DNA from: a bacterium
GTDB taxonomy: Bacteria; UBA8248
Length of the DNA stretch: 64,000 nucleotides
Assembly: GCA_965200245.1 (NCBI GenBank)
Contig: CBDATS010000005.1
Coordinates: 672,001-736,000, forward strand
Direction of reading: 5' to 3'
Shown here: piece after piece, positions 1-10,481 of the stretch
How positions within the stretch are numbered: position 1 is the stretch's first letter
Layout of the letters: every line of letters begins with the position of its first letter
Notes under the pieces: generated by a model
Seen by the model: only the letters and a program-made list of their open reading frames with translations
What the model was told of the DNA's origin: nothing
Databases searched by the model: none
Program-made: the position numbers and the translations under genes

Positions 1-579
1 TTCCGCACCAAGGACAAGCTCATCCAGATACGCAACAACTACGACAAAGACGTGTTCAACGGCGACATCGGCGTCGTCAGAAACGTCGCACCAGAGAAGG
101 GAAGCATTCTGGTGGCCTTCGATTCGAAACTCGTCGAATACACGCGCGACGCGCTCGACGAGGTGATGCACGCCTACGCCATCACCGTCCACAAAAGCCA
201 AGGGAGCGAATACCCCGCCATCGTTATTCCGCTCCACACCCAACATTTCCCGATGCTGCAAAGAAACCTCGTCTACACTGCTCTCACGAGGGCGAGGCGT
301 CTGGCGGTGTTCGTCGGGACGAAGAAAGCGCTCGGAATGGCGGTAAGAAACGCGCGCGTGAGAAGAAGATGGAGCGGCCTTCCAGAAAGAATCCGCCGTG
401 AGGCGAAACTTGCCCCGCTCCTCACGGAGTCCTGTCCCGTTCCACGCGACACGGAAGTCGATGATGTACAATTAACCGATGACATTCCACCCGACGCACT
501 TTATGAAGACGAAGCTACAGTGGACGATGAGGACATCTCTTCCGGAAACGAGTTGACCTACCATCCCGTGGATGAATAA
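1..579 (+). CDS. recD2: RecD2/RecD-like SF1B helicase, C-terminal part (5'-truncated by window)
   Basis: Frame open from base 1 (FRTKDKLIQIRNNYDKDVFNGDIG); motifs AYAITVHKSQGSEY and RNLVYTALTRAR. Confidence 0.9.
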   Translation, partial: FRTKDKLIQIRNNYDKDVFNGDIGVVRNVAPEKGSILVAFDSKLVEYTRDALDEVMHAYAITVHKSQGSEYPAIVIPLHTQHFPMLQRNLVYTALTRARRLAVFVGTKKALGMAVRNARVRRRWSGLPERIRREAKLAPLLTESCPVPRDTEVDDVQLTDDIPPDALYEDEATVDDEDISSGNELTYHPVDE

Positions 580-831
580 CGGTTATTCGATATAAAACTC
601 CATCCCGGAGTACGTAAGCGGGAATATTGCGCTTCTTACCGTGAGGGATACGGTGCTTTGGATGCCTGCCGCTCAGAATGTCACAATTTGAAAAGCTGAT
701 ACTTCATTTCTTCTTGCAGGTCATTCTTTCTCACTTAGCGAGTTCCATCGCCTCGCATCCCACGACCCGCAACCTCGCAGAAACACTGCCCCCTTTAACG
801 CACTTCCGCAGGATCCTGGCTTTCCGACAAC

Positions 832-1860
832 CTACGGCCTGAGAACTATCTTCAAGGATTCCCCGGCTTCAGCGGCGAGGCGGAAGCCTTCCTGTGCCTG
901 CGCGAGCGGGAACCTGTGTGTGATCATCTCCTCGACCATGACGCGCTTGGCGCGGATGAGCGCGAGCGCTTCTTCCAGATCAAGCGGTGCCGCGCCGTAA
1001 GTGGTGGTAATGGCGATCTGTTCGCCCCAGATTCGGTTCAAATCCATCTCATGGCGATAACCGGGCGGCATAGGGGCGAATAGTTGCAGGACGCCACAGG
1101 GTGCCACGCAGGCGAGTGCCGTCTCCAAAGCCTTGGGCGCGCCCGCACACAGGACAACGCGATCCGCCAAGCGGCCCTCATTCACCTCACACAAGGCCTC
1201 TGCCATGTCTTCACACGGGGGCAACGCGTACGCGCCGAACCGCTCGGCGGCTTCCAAACGCCAGGGATGAACATCGGTCGCAAAAACGGCCGCAGCCCCG
1301 AAGACGCGTGCCGCCTGGACGTGCAGAAGACCCGTCATGCCGCTTCCCACCACGAGTACGCTCAGGCCAGGCGTCATCCGGAAACGCCGCCAGCCGCGCA
1401 GCACGCAACCCAAAGGCTCAACAAACACTCCTGCCTCATCGGACACCTCATCGGGCAGACAGAGCGTCCCGCGCTCCACGTTGATGGCGGGCAGACGGAT
1501 GAACTCGGCGAAACCGCCCGGGTCGAAATCCGTACTTTTGAGCGCGGCGCAGGCGGTGTGGTCGCCGCGAAGGCACAGGGCACAGCAGTTGCACGGTACG
1601 TGATGGGTGGCGCAGACGCGGTCGCCCACACGGAAACCTTCCACCCCCTCTCCCGTTTGCGCGACGACACCTGTCACCTCATGGCCCAGCACACGTGGCG
1701 CGGTCCCCACACGATACCATTCCATGACGTCGCTACCGCAGATGCCGCTTGCCTGCGTCTTGACAAGAAGTTCACCTAATCCGGCGCGGGGCATCTCCAT
1801 CTCCTCGATCCGCACATCGGCGTTTCGGAAATAAACCGCCGCTCGCATGGTTTCCGGCAT
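832..1860 (-). CDS. Zn-dependent medium-chain alcohol/polyol dehydrogenase (sorbitol/L-iditol DH-like)
   Basis: GICGSD, GHEVTG, CNCCALCLRG structural Zn motif, GSGMTG Rossmann motif. Confidence 0.88.
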   Translation of the reverse strand: MPETMRAAVYFRNADVRIEEMEMPRAGLGELLVKTQASGICGSDVMEWYRVGTAPRVLGHEVTGVVAQTGEGVEGFRVGDRVCATHHVPCNCCALCLRGDHTACAALKSTDFDPGGFAEFIRLPAINVERGTLCLPDEVSDEAGVFVEPLGCVLRGWRRFRMTPGLSVLVVGSGMTGLLHVQAARVFGAAAVFATDVHPWRLEAAERFGAYALPPCEDMAEALCEVNEGRLADRVVLCAGAPKALETALACVAPCGVLQLFAPMPPGYRHEMDLNRIWGEQIAITTTYGAAPLDLEEALALIRAKRVMVEEMITHRFPLAQAQEGFRLAAEAGESLKIVLRP

Positions 1861-1889
1861 GACAATACTCCCTGAGTTACGCGCAGACC

Positions 1890-2783
1890 TCAGGCCGTGA
1901 GAGAAGCCGCGCTCAAATCCCTGAACATTTCATAGGCCGCATCGGGGACCAAGTCGTCATGCACAACGGCGCATACCGCCTGAATCATTGCTACCGGATG
2001 CGTACTCTGGAAGATGTTCCGCCCCATATCCACACCCACCGCGCCTTCGTCCATGGCGCGTCGGCAAAACATGAGCGCCTCGCGCTCGTGCACCTTCTTG
2101 CCACCAGCAATGATAATGGGCACGAAACAACCGCGCACCACCCGCTCGAAGCCCTCGCAGAAATAGGTCTTCACCACATCTGCCCCGTGTTCGGCGGCGA
2201 TGCGCGTTGCAAGACCCAGGTAGCGCGCATCACGTGTCATCTCCTTGCCGACCGCCGTAATCCCCAAGACCAGCAGACCCTCCCGACGACCCTCTTCACT
2301 CATGAGCGCCAGATTCACGATGGACTCCTTCTGGTAGCGCGCGCCCACATAGATGGACACCGAAACGCCCGCCACGCCCAAGCGCGCCGCCTCCGCCGCC
2401 GAGACGGTGATGGACTCGTTCGATAGCTCGCGGTTCACAATGTCATCTGCGATTTGCTCTCGCAAAGCCTCGCGCGCCGTCTCATTCTCGACTCCCGCCA
2501 TCCGTATGCTTAGTTCGCGCTCTAGTTCCACGGGGTCTGAATAGACGATAGCGTTACCACCCGAAGCCCTCAGAATCACAGGCGTTTTGCCCTCCGTTGG
2601 CATGCAGCGAAGGAAGACGCCCTTCGTGGGACTCACCGCATCGCAATAGGGCATCAGGTGTTCCATGGTCTTTCCCGGTTCTTCAAGACCCGAAGTCGGA
2701 CCCTGAAAGTAGCCGTGGTCTACCGCCAGCATGACGATGCGCCGTGTCTTCTTGTTCATGATCTTCATTGCTTGGTCAGACAT
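1890..2783 (-). CDS. lsrF: LsrF-like class I aldolase/thiolase (DhnA family)
   Basis: MLAVDHGYFQGPTSGLE, GADVVKTY, IIIAGGKK, GVDMGRNIFQS. Confidence 0.8.
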   Translation of the reverse strand: MSDQAMKIMNKKTRRIVMLAVDHGYFQGPTSGLEEPGKTMEHLMPYCDAVSPTKGVFLRCMPTEGKTPVILRASGGNAIVYSDPVELERELSIRMAGVENETAREALREQIADDIVNRELSNESITVSAAEAARLGVAGVSVSIYVGARYQKESIVNLALMSEEGRREGLLVLGITAVGKEMTRDARYLGLATRIAAEHGADVVKTYFCEGFERVVRGCFVPIIIAGGKKVHEREALMFCRRAMDEGAVGVDMGRNIFQSTHPVAMIQAVCAVVHDDLVPDAAYEMFRDLSAASLTA

Positions 2784-2865
2784 TCAGAGATTCTCCAGTA
2801 GTGGTCTGTAACGAACCGCGTTGGCATAGAACCAAGAAACAGTATCCCCCTCACTTTCAGGCATC

Positions 2866-3849
2866 CTATACATTCTCCGGCGGGATCGGCGGGCTGCCCT
2901 TGTAGAAGGCACGCGCCATGATGTGGTTTCTAGCCGTGAAATCCCCATCCCCTCTGTCCTCGGCCACCACGCGCTTCAAGAGATGGATTTTGGCGTCGAT
3001 GTCGTCCGCGTAGTGAAGAAGGAGCGCCTCAGCCGACATAGGCACCTTTACGGTTCCCCATTCGGGCTGGCCTTGGTGCGACAGGATGAGGTGCTCGAGA
3101 TGCAGCAGGAAATCCTCGGGCAATTTCTCACCTTCTGCGAATACACCCGCGCGCCCCGCCCACTCGCGAGCGATGTCGCGCCCCAGCACGATGTGGCCGA
3201 GCAAGCTGCCAGCAGGAGTGTAGTGTGTTGCGCCCTCGGTGGAGAGTTCCTCCAGTTTTCCAATGTCGTGCAGGAGCGCGCCGGCGACGAGAAGGTCTTT
3301 CGAAACGTCGTATTTGTCCGCGAGGTAGAGGCACGTTTTCGTGACCGAAAGGGTGTGTTCCAGTAAACCACCCAGATAAGGATGATGAATACGCTGGGAG
3401 GCAGGCCACTCGCGGAATTTCTCTTCATACGCATTCAGGATGGCGGTGAGATAGGCGGCCACAAGCGGGTGGCAGCTGTCCGCGATACGCTTCGCTTCTT
3501 CCCACATGACGTTGATATCGTACGGCGTACGCTGCACGCAGTTCTCGGGCCTGAAACCACTCTCATAATCCTGTTCGTTCACCCGGCGGATGCGTTCCAC
3601 GCGAAGTTGCAGACGGCCCTGGTAGTTTTCCGGCAGTGCCCGCACCTTGATGAAATCACCCACCCCAATCGGCCCTTGGGCCTGAGTCGCAGGCTCCCAG
3701 ACCTTGGCGGGGATATCGCCTGTCATGTCTTCAAGTACCAAATCGAGATATTCTCGGCCTGCGCGGCTCTGGCGTGTCTCGAATTCGCGGATATTGAAGA
3801 AAGAATCGAACCGTTCGCCCTCTTTCAGCGTTACAACATTGGCCACCAA
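2866..3849 (-). CDS. YhaM/Cbf1-like 3'-5' exoribonuclease (OB fold + HD domain)
   Basis: N-terminal OB fold (LEDMTGDIPAKVW), HHPYLGGLLEHT, LLHDIGK, GHI, HYADDIDAK. Confidence 0.88.
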   Translation of the reverse strand: MVANVVTLKEGERFDSFFNIREFETRQSRAGREYLDLVLEDMTGDIPAKVWEPATQAQGPIGVGDFIKVRALPENYQGRLQLRVERIRRVNEQDYESGFRPENCVQRTPYDINVMWEEAKRIADSCHPLVAAYLTAILNAYEEKFREWPASQRIHHPYLGGLLEHTLSVTKTCLYLADKYDVSKDLLVAGALLHDIGKLEELSTEGATHYTPAGSLLGHIVLGRDIAREWAGRAGVFAEGEKLPEDFLLHLEHLILSHQGQPEWGTVKVPMSAEALLLHYADDIDAKIHLLKRVVAEDRGDGDFTARNHIMARAFYKGSPPIPPENV

Positions 3850-4272
3850 AAGCTCCTAAAAAAAAGAAATGAAAAACGCACGGAATGAGCGCGATGCTTC
3901 ATTGTAGGGGCAAGGGGGTGTGAGCCGCAATCAAAGGGAGTATATGAACTGTTATGGGGCATACCTTATTAAGTGGGTGGAAACTGATGCACGACGTAAG
4001 TGAATCTCTCGAAGCATGCCTGCGGTTTGCGGGCGCCGGATATGCTCGCGACGGCTTGATTCTTTCAACACCCCTGGCTCAACCCTCGAATTATCTAACA
4101 AAACCATCAACCCATACCTCATAAATCCCTTCAAAATTTCACGATCAACAAGCAAGGGAAGGCAAAAGACGCATGGGTTTGTTCTGTGGTATAAAAAGAC
4201 ACCGACAGGACCCATATCTCCATAAATTTCGAAAGGTTTCAGCGTATCCCATGATGACTCCATGAGACGAGA

Positions 4273-4758
4273 ATGAAAAAAACGCTTTCCATTCTGTGCG
4301 CGCTTGTGCTTGTGATACTCGCTTGCGCACCTGCCTCGGGAGCCGAGACCCGAAAACGCCTTACCTCGCGTGTCACCAAGGTCTATGACGGGGCGAGTTT
4401 TCAACTCGGCGGCGGCCTACGTTCCGCCTTGATCGGCGTGGCCGCCCCTGCGCCTGGCACGCCCGGCTCCGCGCAGGCCCGTACGTTCCTCAAGCGCCTC
4501 ATCAAGAACAGGACGGTGAACCTCGAAATCGACGAAAAACCTTTGGACTCCTCTGGACAGAGCCTCTACTACGTCTTCCTCGAAGAAGGTGGCCTCGTCA
4601 ATGTCCTGATAGTGCTCCGAGGCCTGGGACGCGCCCTCGTGAAACACCCCAATGTGCGCTACCGAAAAGAGTTGATAGAAGCGGAAAACCTCGCCAAGAG
4701 ATACCGGCGTGGCGTGTGGGGAGACGCATTCGATCCGCGCGATCCGATAGACCGCTAG
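4273..4758 (+). CDS. Secreted thermonuclease (SNase-like) family protein
   Basis: Signal peptide, VTKVYDG, LIGVAAP, C-terminal AKRYRRGVW; catalytic residues look partly degenerate. Confidence 0.75.
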   Translation: MKKTLSILCALVLVILACAPASGAETRKRLTSRVTKVYDGASFQLGGGLRSALIGVAAPAPGTPGSAQARTFLKRLIKNRTVNLEIDEKPLDSSGQSLYYVFLEEGGLVNVLIVLRGLGRALVKHPNVRYRKELIEAENLAKRYRRGVWGDAFDPRDPIDR

Positions 4759-4884
4759 ATTTCATGCAGGCTACGCCAGAGAGATACTCCCATTATTTCC
4801 TCCTTCCCCGCTTCAGATTCGACCCGCTTTTCTTCGCAATCTCCCTGATTTGCGAACCTTATAGAGAGCAAGGGGATACCTTCC

Positions 4885-5328
4885 TCATCTCCTCGAAATA
4901 CCCTTCCTCCCGACCCAAAGTGCCACGCGTCTCAAGCGGCGGAACCAGGGGTAGAACACCCGTACGCGCGAAGGATTCGAGGCGAACAACCGAGAGAAAC
5001 TGCCCCACCAGCCGGATTCACTCATCATCGACTCAAGCACCGACATCGCTTGAGCGCCTTGGTAGCGCTTGCCTTTCATAACGAGCACCATCCCCTCATC
5101 GACCTCACAGCCCTGAACACGCAACTCGCCAAGAAGTTTAGGCGCACGGTTCGCGTCGATGAGCTTCAAAGGTCGTCCGTTCGGAGTACGAAACTCCGAT
5201 TTTCGTGCATAGAAACTGCAAAACGGACACTCGCCGTCATAGAGCAAATAATCGTCATGAGCGGAAGTTTCGGCGTGTTCTGTGCGCTTGTCTTCGGGTG
5301 AAGTCATCTTCGCCTCCTCCGTTTTCAC
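4885..5328 (-). CDS. DCC1-like (DUF393) thiol-disulfide oxidoreductase
   Basis: LLYDGECPFC (DxxCxxC) motif. Confidence 0.8.
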   Translation of the reverse strand: MKTEEAKMTSPEDKRTEHAETSAHDDYLLYDGECPFCSFYARKSEFRTPNGRPLKLIDANRAPKLLGELRVQGCEVDEGMVLVMKGKRYQGAQAMSVLESMMSESGWWGSFSRLFASNPSRVRVFYPWFRRLRRVALWVGRKGISRR

Positions 5329-5552
5329 GTACTCATTCTCCGCGCAGAAAAGCAGGGAAGCAAGCGAGTACAGCGGCTCATGAGTCAGAGGTAAATCGGG
5401 GCTTCAAAGCTAGAAAAAAGAGCGCTTCTCAAAAATGAAAATGTGTGTAGCTCACTGTTATCTCCTGATCCTTCGCCAAAGCCTCGAGATAGAGGCAAGA
5501 CCCACGGTTAGCAAAGGTGTCTCTGCCGTAGCGACTTCGAGGGCACGTCCCC

Positions 5553-7318
5553 CTACCACCCCACGGCGTAGGATTAGCGTCTAGGGTCGGCCCCGCCAAG
5601 CAAGAAACCCGTCTCGGGATCTTTGACGATCATGCAGACGCTACCGGGCGGCGAGCCGAAATCGGGCCACACGCCCATCTTGTAGCCCATTTCGGTGAGC
5701 ACGGGGCCGACATCACTCAAAAGCCGCGCCTCCGCCCGCGCGCTCGCGGGTTCGTAGAGATGGGGCCAGAAGGAATTCGGGAAGTTGTAGGTGGCCGCCC
5801 TCGGCGCTTCGACCGCCATCTGGGGCGGCATACCGAAGAGCGTGTGGTTCAGGAAAACCTGGAGCATCGACTGAGGCTGGGTGTCACCCCCCGGTGTGCC
5901 AAGCGTCATGTAGAATGCGCCGTCTTTGAGCGTGAGGGCGGGATTCGGCGTGAGCCTTGGGCGCTTCCAGGGCGTGAGTGAACTCGGATGCGCCGGGTCG
6001 AGCCAACTTTGGGAACGCGCCCCGAGACGGTTGCGCCCACACCGGGCAAGAAAGGCATCGTGTTCGCTGGGTCCGATGGCGTGCAGGAAAACGCATTTCC
6101 CTCCGAATCCACCGCCGTGCAATACGAGGTATCGTGCTGGAATTCAGTTCCCAAGGCTTGCGGAACGCTGTGCGCGCCGTCGTAACGCGACGGGTGCGCG
6201 CACCCTTGGTGCGACCAGGGGTCTCTGGCTTCCGGCATGTCGGCGAAGGCACTTCGCATATTGATCCGTTCCGCTTGCCGAGCGGCGTATTCACTGGATA
6301 GAAGGCCCTCAATCGGCACGCCCACGAATTCGGGGTCGCCAATGAAGGCCTCCCTGTCCGCAAACGCGAGGTTTAACGCGGCCATCAGCGCGTGGAGATA
6401 GTCGGGTGAGTTATGGCCCAAAGCTTCCATGTCGAAGTTGGCGAGAATGTTCATCGCTTCAAGCAACGTAGGCCCTTGGCACCAGGGACCGCAGGCGAAG
6501 ACCTCGTGCCCAAGATATTCCGTTGCCACGGGTTCTTCTTCCAGCACATGGAAGTCGGCCAGATCGTCCATGGTCATCAACCCGCCTTCTCGTTGGATGA
6601 AATCGACAGTCAGGCGGGCCGTCTCGCCGGTGTATAACTCATCACGAGCCGCGCAAACGCCTGCGGCTCTTCCGCCGCTTGCCGACTCCTCTGCACGCAC
6701 CATGCGCCGCATGGTTTCAGCCAGTTCGGGAATACGCACCCGCCTACCAACAGGGATGAGATGGCCATCCGGGAAGTAGACGGGACGCGTCGATTCCCAG
6801 CGAAAGTAGTCTTTTTCCGCTCCCTTGATATGTTCATACATGAAATGGTGCATGGCGAAACCATCTTCAGCCAGGGAGATAGCGTCCCCGGCGACTTCAG
6901 CAAAAGTTTTTGTGCCGTAGCATGCAAGCGCCGTGAGCCATGCGTCCGCCGCAGCGGGGGTGACGGCGCGCCTCACTCCTGGGGGAATCTCACCACCGCA
7001 GTTATTCTCAAACCACTCGATGGATGCCGCTTTAGGCCAGCGGCCAAGGCCGCTGATCGTGAGGACACGCTCTTCTTTTGCGAGATAGATAATCGTGGGC
7101 GCTACGCCCAGAAAGGACACCATGTCGGATAGCAAGACGCTCAGGCATATACCCGCCGCAACGCCCGCATCTATCGCATTGCCAACTTTTTCGAGGATCC
7201 TCGGGCCCGCCTGGCTCGCGTAGTGATGGCCGGATACGACCATCGCCTCGTGAGCGAAAACCTGCGGCCTGTGGGAGATGTATACGCGGCCTTCGGGCGT
7301 GGTGTGGCGAAACGCCAT
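5553..7318 (-). pseudogene. ggt: Gamma-glutamyltransferase family pseudogene
   Basis: GNAIDAG, FADR, HDTS autocleavage Thr, GTPGGDTQPQ, GGADPRR. 1-nt deletion near 6016 (SGR-[G]SQSWLDP) splits ORFs 5906-7318 and 5574-6122; premature TAA at 5574-5576 precedes SYAVGW-TAG. Confidence 0.85.
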
Positions 7319-7482
7319 GAGGGAGCCTCCTCACTTAAGGAGCATTGAGTCCCGGCCATCTTGGCAGATAGTTACGGGGAATCACAAAGAGTCAGTCCCG
7401 AGCGATCAGGGAGAGACTGCATTCTTCCAATCAATTCGGGAGGAATTTCACGCCTGTCATAGGGACCATTCGTGAACTGCTT

Positions 7483-8385
7483 CTACAAAACAGCCTCATC
7501 CACGAAGCGCATATCCACCGCCTGCTCAAAAGAGACCGCAGTCTTTATCAGACCTCCACTCAGGCACGCTGCCCCAAGCCACTCGAAGCTCTCTTGTGCG
7601 AGGCGGGGGGTTTCGTTCCAGAGACCGAGGCCTTGGTAGCGCGCAATGGCCGCCGCAAGAAGCTCAATATCCATTTCCACGAACCAAGGCTTCACGAGCC
7701 GGGCGACAGTCTCGGCGTCGTTTTCCGCGAGCCAGTGTTCGGTCCTTACCATGGCGCGCGCCATGCCGAGGGCGGATTCGGGCTGCTCCTTAAGGAACGA
7801 GGCCGAAGCATAGAACGCCGTATAAGTCGTGAGACCACGCTCCGCCGCTTGATACCAGATGTAACCCTCCCCCTCTCGAATCAACTCCTCGGCAAAGGGT
7901 TGAAACACCTGGATGATGTCGACCTCGCCCGCGCGCAGGGCGTCGGCGTTTTCGCTCATCGTTCGGTCCGGGATTCTGTTCAACTTATCCGGATCCAGCC
8001 CTGCCAGGCGGAGGTCGTGCTGCAGGCACATCCATGGAGTGGGCACCTCGCTCACCGTGGCGATTTTGGGGCCTATCAGATCATTTATCTGGAACCCGGG
8101 ATTCGGCTCGTGCCCGATCAGGAAAAACGGATCGCGGCAGACGACCTCGCAGAACACCTTCAGATCGCAGCCCGGGTCCTTGTCGTACGCCACCAAGACG
8201 CGCATGGGACCGCCCCAACTGACCTGCGCTTCGCCAGAGATGAGTAGACTCGTGTTCCGGGCGGGGTCGGGCGAGGTTTCCACGCTAACGTCCACGCCCT
8301 CCTCTTCGTAGGCCCCCAGACTGGAAGCGGCGTAGAACGGCGTGTAGAAAACGGCCCTGAAATTCTCAAGCAGCGTGACGCGCAA
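7483..8385 (-). CDS. NMT1/THI5/SsuA-like ABC substrate-binding protein
   Basis: ENFRAVFYTPFYAA, GGPMR, DPFFLIG, PBP2-type layout; no signal peptide evident. Confidence 0.75.
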   Translation of the reverse strand: MRVTLLENFRAVFYTPFYAASSLGAYEEEGVDVSVETSPDPARNTSLLISGEAQVSWGGPMRVLVAYDKDPGCDLKVFCEVVCRDPFFLIGHEPNPGFQINDLIGPKIATVSEVPTPWMCLQHDLRLAGLDPDKLNRIPDRTMSENADALRAGEVDIIQVFQPFAEELIREGEGYIWYQAAERGLTTYTAFYASASFLKEQPESALGMARAMVRTEHWLAENDAETVARLVKPWFVEMDIELLAAAIARYQGLGLWNETPRLAQESFEWLGAACLSGGLIKTAVSFEQAVDMRFVDEAVL

Positions 8386-8483
8386 ACCTGTCTCCTGAAG
8401 GGCGTGAATGAAGAAGACGACAATAGAACCCGCCAGCCGATGGTGGAGTCGTCATGCCAGCGGCGGCATGCAGCACCGAGTCC

Positions 8484-10457
8484 TTACACAGAAGCGGCGC
8501 CTCCAGCCACGGGGGCGGGCGTGGGTTCTCCCTCCTCGGCGAAACGCCTTCTCTGCAGGATGAATACCGCGCCCAATATGACCGCGCCAGCCAAGTGGTT
8601 AACGTAGCCCGGCCAGAACAGCAGTCCCGCCGCCACGAACAAAAGCCCGCGCATCGGTATCGAGAAGCGGAAATACATAAATCCGACCATGGCGGCGGCC
8701 AAAGCCTGGAAACCGAGAAGCCCCGCAACAAAAGTCTCAAGCGAGAGCCAAGGCTGTCGGATGAGCAGAATCGGGGTGAAGGCGAACATCAGGGGCAGGA
8801 TATACATGCCCTTCGCCGTGCGGAATGACGCCCAGGCGGCTTTCGCCGGGTTAGCGTCCGCTATCCCCGCTGCCGTATAGGCAGGCACGCACACAGGTGG
8901 CGTGAAGCAACTATCCAGACTGTACCAGAACACGATGAGGTGTGCCGAGAGCAGCGAGAGCATGTAGGGTTCTCCGAGTTCCAAAAGCGCAGGCACGGCC
9001 ATGACGGACAAGACGATGTAGGCCGCGCTCGTTGGCAGACCCATGCCGAGTACGAAAGAAGCGACACCCACCAGCAGGATACCCATGAACAGGTTGTCGT
9101 TCGCCAGATTCGTGACCAACGAGGAGAACTTGAGACCCAGACCGGTCTGGAACAACGCGCCCATGATAATGCCCACCGCGCCCACCGCCGCGCAGATGGG
9201 AAGTGACTGAATTGCCCCCTTCTCAAGCGCAAGTACGATATTCCAGAGGCCGCGGCCAACCTCACTCACCACTTCTGTGAGGTTCACGCCCTCCCTCCTG
9301 GCCTTTTCCAGCATGACCAGGGCGCCCTTGAGCCCGGCCAGGAGCACGACGGAAAGAATACCCGCGAGACCTGCATAGGGTACGGTTCTGCCCGTCATGA
9401 GAATCGCCAGGATCACCAGCGGGGGCAGAAGGTAGAACCACCCTTCCTTCATGATGGGTCCAAGGGGGGGTATCAAATCCCTGGGCATACCGACCAAGCC
9501 TTCTTTTCTCGCTTCCAAATGCACGGTCGCGTAAACGGAAAAGAAATACAAAACGGCGGGCAGGATGGAGACCTTCACGATCTCCCAATACGATATGCCA
9601 GTGAACTCCACGATCAGGAACGCGGAAGCCCCCATGACGGGCGGCATGATCTGCCCTCCTGTGGAGGCCGCCGTCTCAATAGCCGCTGCTATCTCAGGCT
9701 TGAAACCTGTGCGCTTCATCATTGGGATGGTGAACGAACCCGTGGTGACTACGTTCGCGTTCGCGCTGCCCATGATCGTGCCCGTCATGGCGCTGGCGAA
9801 GACAGCCGCCTTCGCCGGGCCTCCGCGCAGCCTTCCTGCGATGGACACGGAGAGTTTCACGTAGAAATCGGCGGCTCCCATGCGGTCGAGAAACGCGCCG
9901 AAGAGGATGAACAAGAAGATATAGACCGAAAAGACGCTCAAGGGCGCCGTCCATAGTCCATCGTAGGTAAAGTATTGGTGATCGATGATGTGCATATAAG
10001 GGGCCCCCTTGTGCGCCAGATGCCATGGAAAATAGGGGCCAAAATACGAATAGACCAAAAAGAAAAGCGATATCATCGGAAGCGCCAGGTTGATGGTCCT
10101 GCGTGCCGCCTCGAAGGTGAACAACAAAACCACCGTTCCCAGAAACAAATCTATGGGCTCGAGCGGGTCGACGTAATACAAGCGATCCAGAAAATAATCG
10201 GTGAACAGTATCGGGTAGGCAATGGAGACAACCACGAGGAGGCAGACGGCGGCCGCCACGACGGCTCGCCACCCGCCTCCTGCGGGTTTTCGATAAATGA
10301 TGAATATCAGGGTCATCCCGAAGAGATACGAGAGCGCCCTCTGGTACAGCGGTTCATACCCTCCCGTGTAGGCCACCTGAATGTGAAAGACGGACATGCT
10401 GACTGCAACCGCCAGAACAAGCCAATCCAGAGGGGTTCTTTCTTTCATATCGCTCAC
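8484..10457 (-). CDS. TRAP transporter fused 4TM/12TM permease (TAXI-type)
   Basis: GGPAKAAV, GSANANVVTTGSFTIPMMKR, ASTGGQIMPPVMGASAF, LGMGLPT. Confidence 0.93.
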   Translation of the reverse strand: MSDMKERTPLDWLVLAVAVSMSVFHIQVAYTGGYEPLYQRALSYLFGMTLIFIIYRKPAGGGWRAVVAAAVCLLVVVSIAYPILFTDYFLDRLYYVDPLEPIDLFLGTVVLLFTFEAARRTINLALPMISLFFLVYSYFGPYFPWHLAHKGAPYMHIIDHQYFTYDGLWTAPLSVFSVYIFLFILFGAFLDRMGAADFYVKLSVSIAGRLRGGPAKAAVFASAMTGTIMGSANANVVTTGSFTIPMMKRTGFKPEIAAAIETAASTGGQIMPPVMGASAFLIVEFTGISYWEIVKVSILPAVLYFFSVYATVHLEARKEGLVGMPRDLIPPLGPIMKEGWFYLLPPLVILAILMTGRTVPYAGLAGILSVVLLAGLKGALVMLEKARREGVNLTEVVSEVGRGLWNIVLALEKGAIQSLPICAAVGAVGIIMGALFQTGLGLKFSSLVTNLANDNLFMGILLVGVASFVLGMGLPTSAAYIVLSVMAVPALLELGEPYMLSLLSAHLIVFWYSLDSCFTPPVCVPAYTAAGIADANPAKAAWASFRTAKGMYILPLMFAFTPILLIRQPWLSLETFVAGLLGFQALAAAMVGFMYFRFSIPMRGLLFVAAGLLFWPGYVNHLAGAVILGAVFILQRRRFAEEGEPTPAPVAGGAASV

Positions 10458-10481
10458 GCTTGCGCCTCATTCCAGGGATGG

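Noticed and set aside
3900-4270. AT-richer intergenic region with ORFs 3952-4404 and 4016-4225
   Set aside because: No motifs, overlaps the nuclease gene; probably promoter DNA or a remnant
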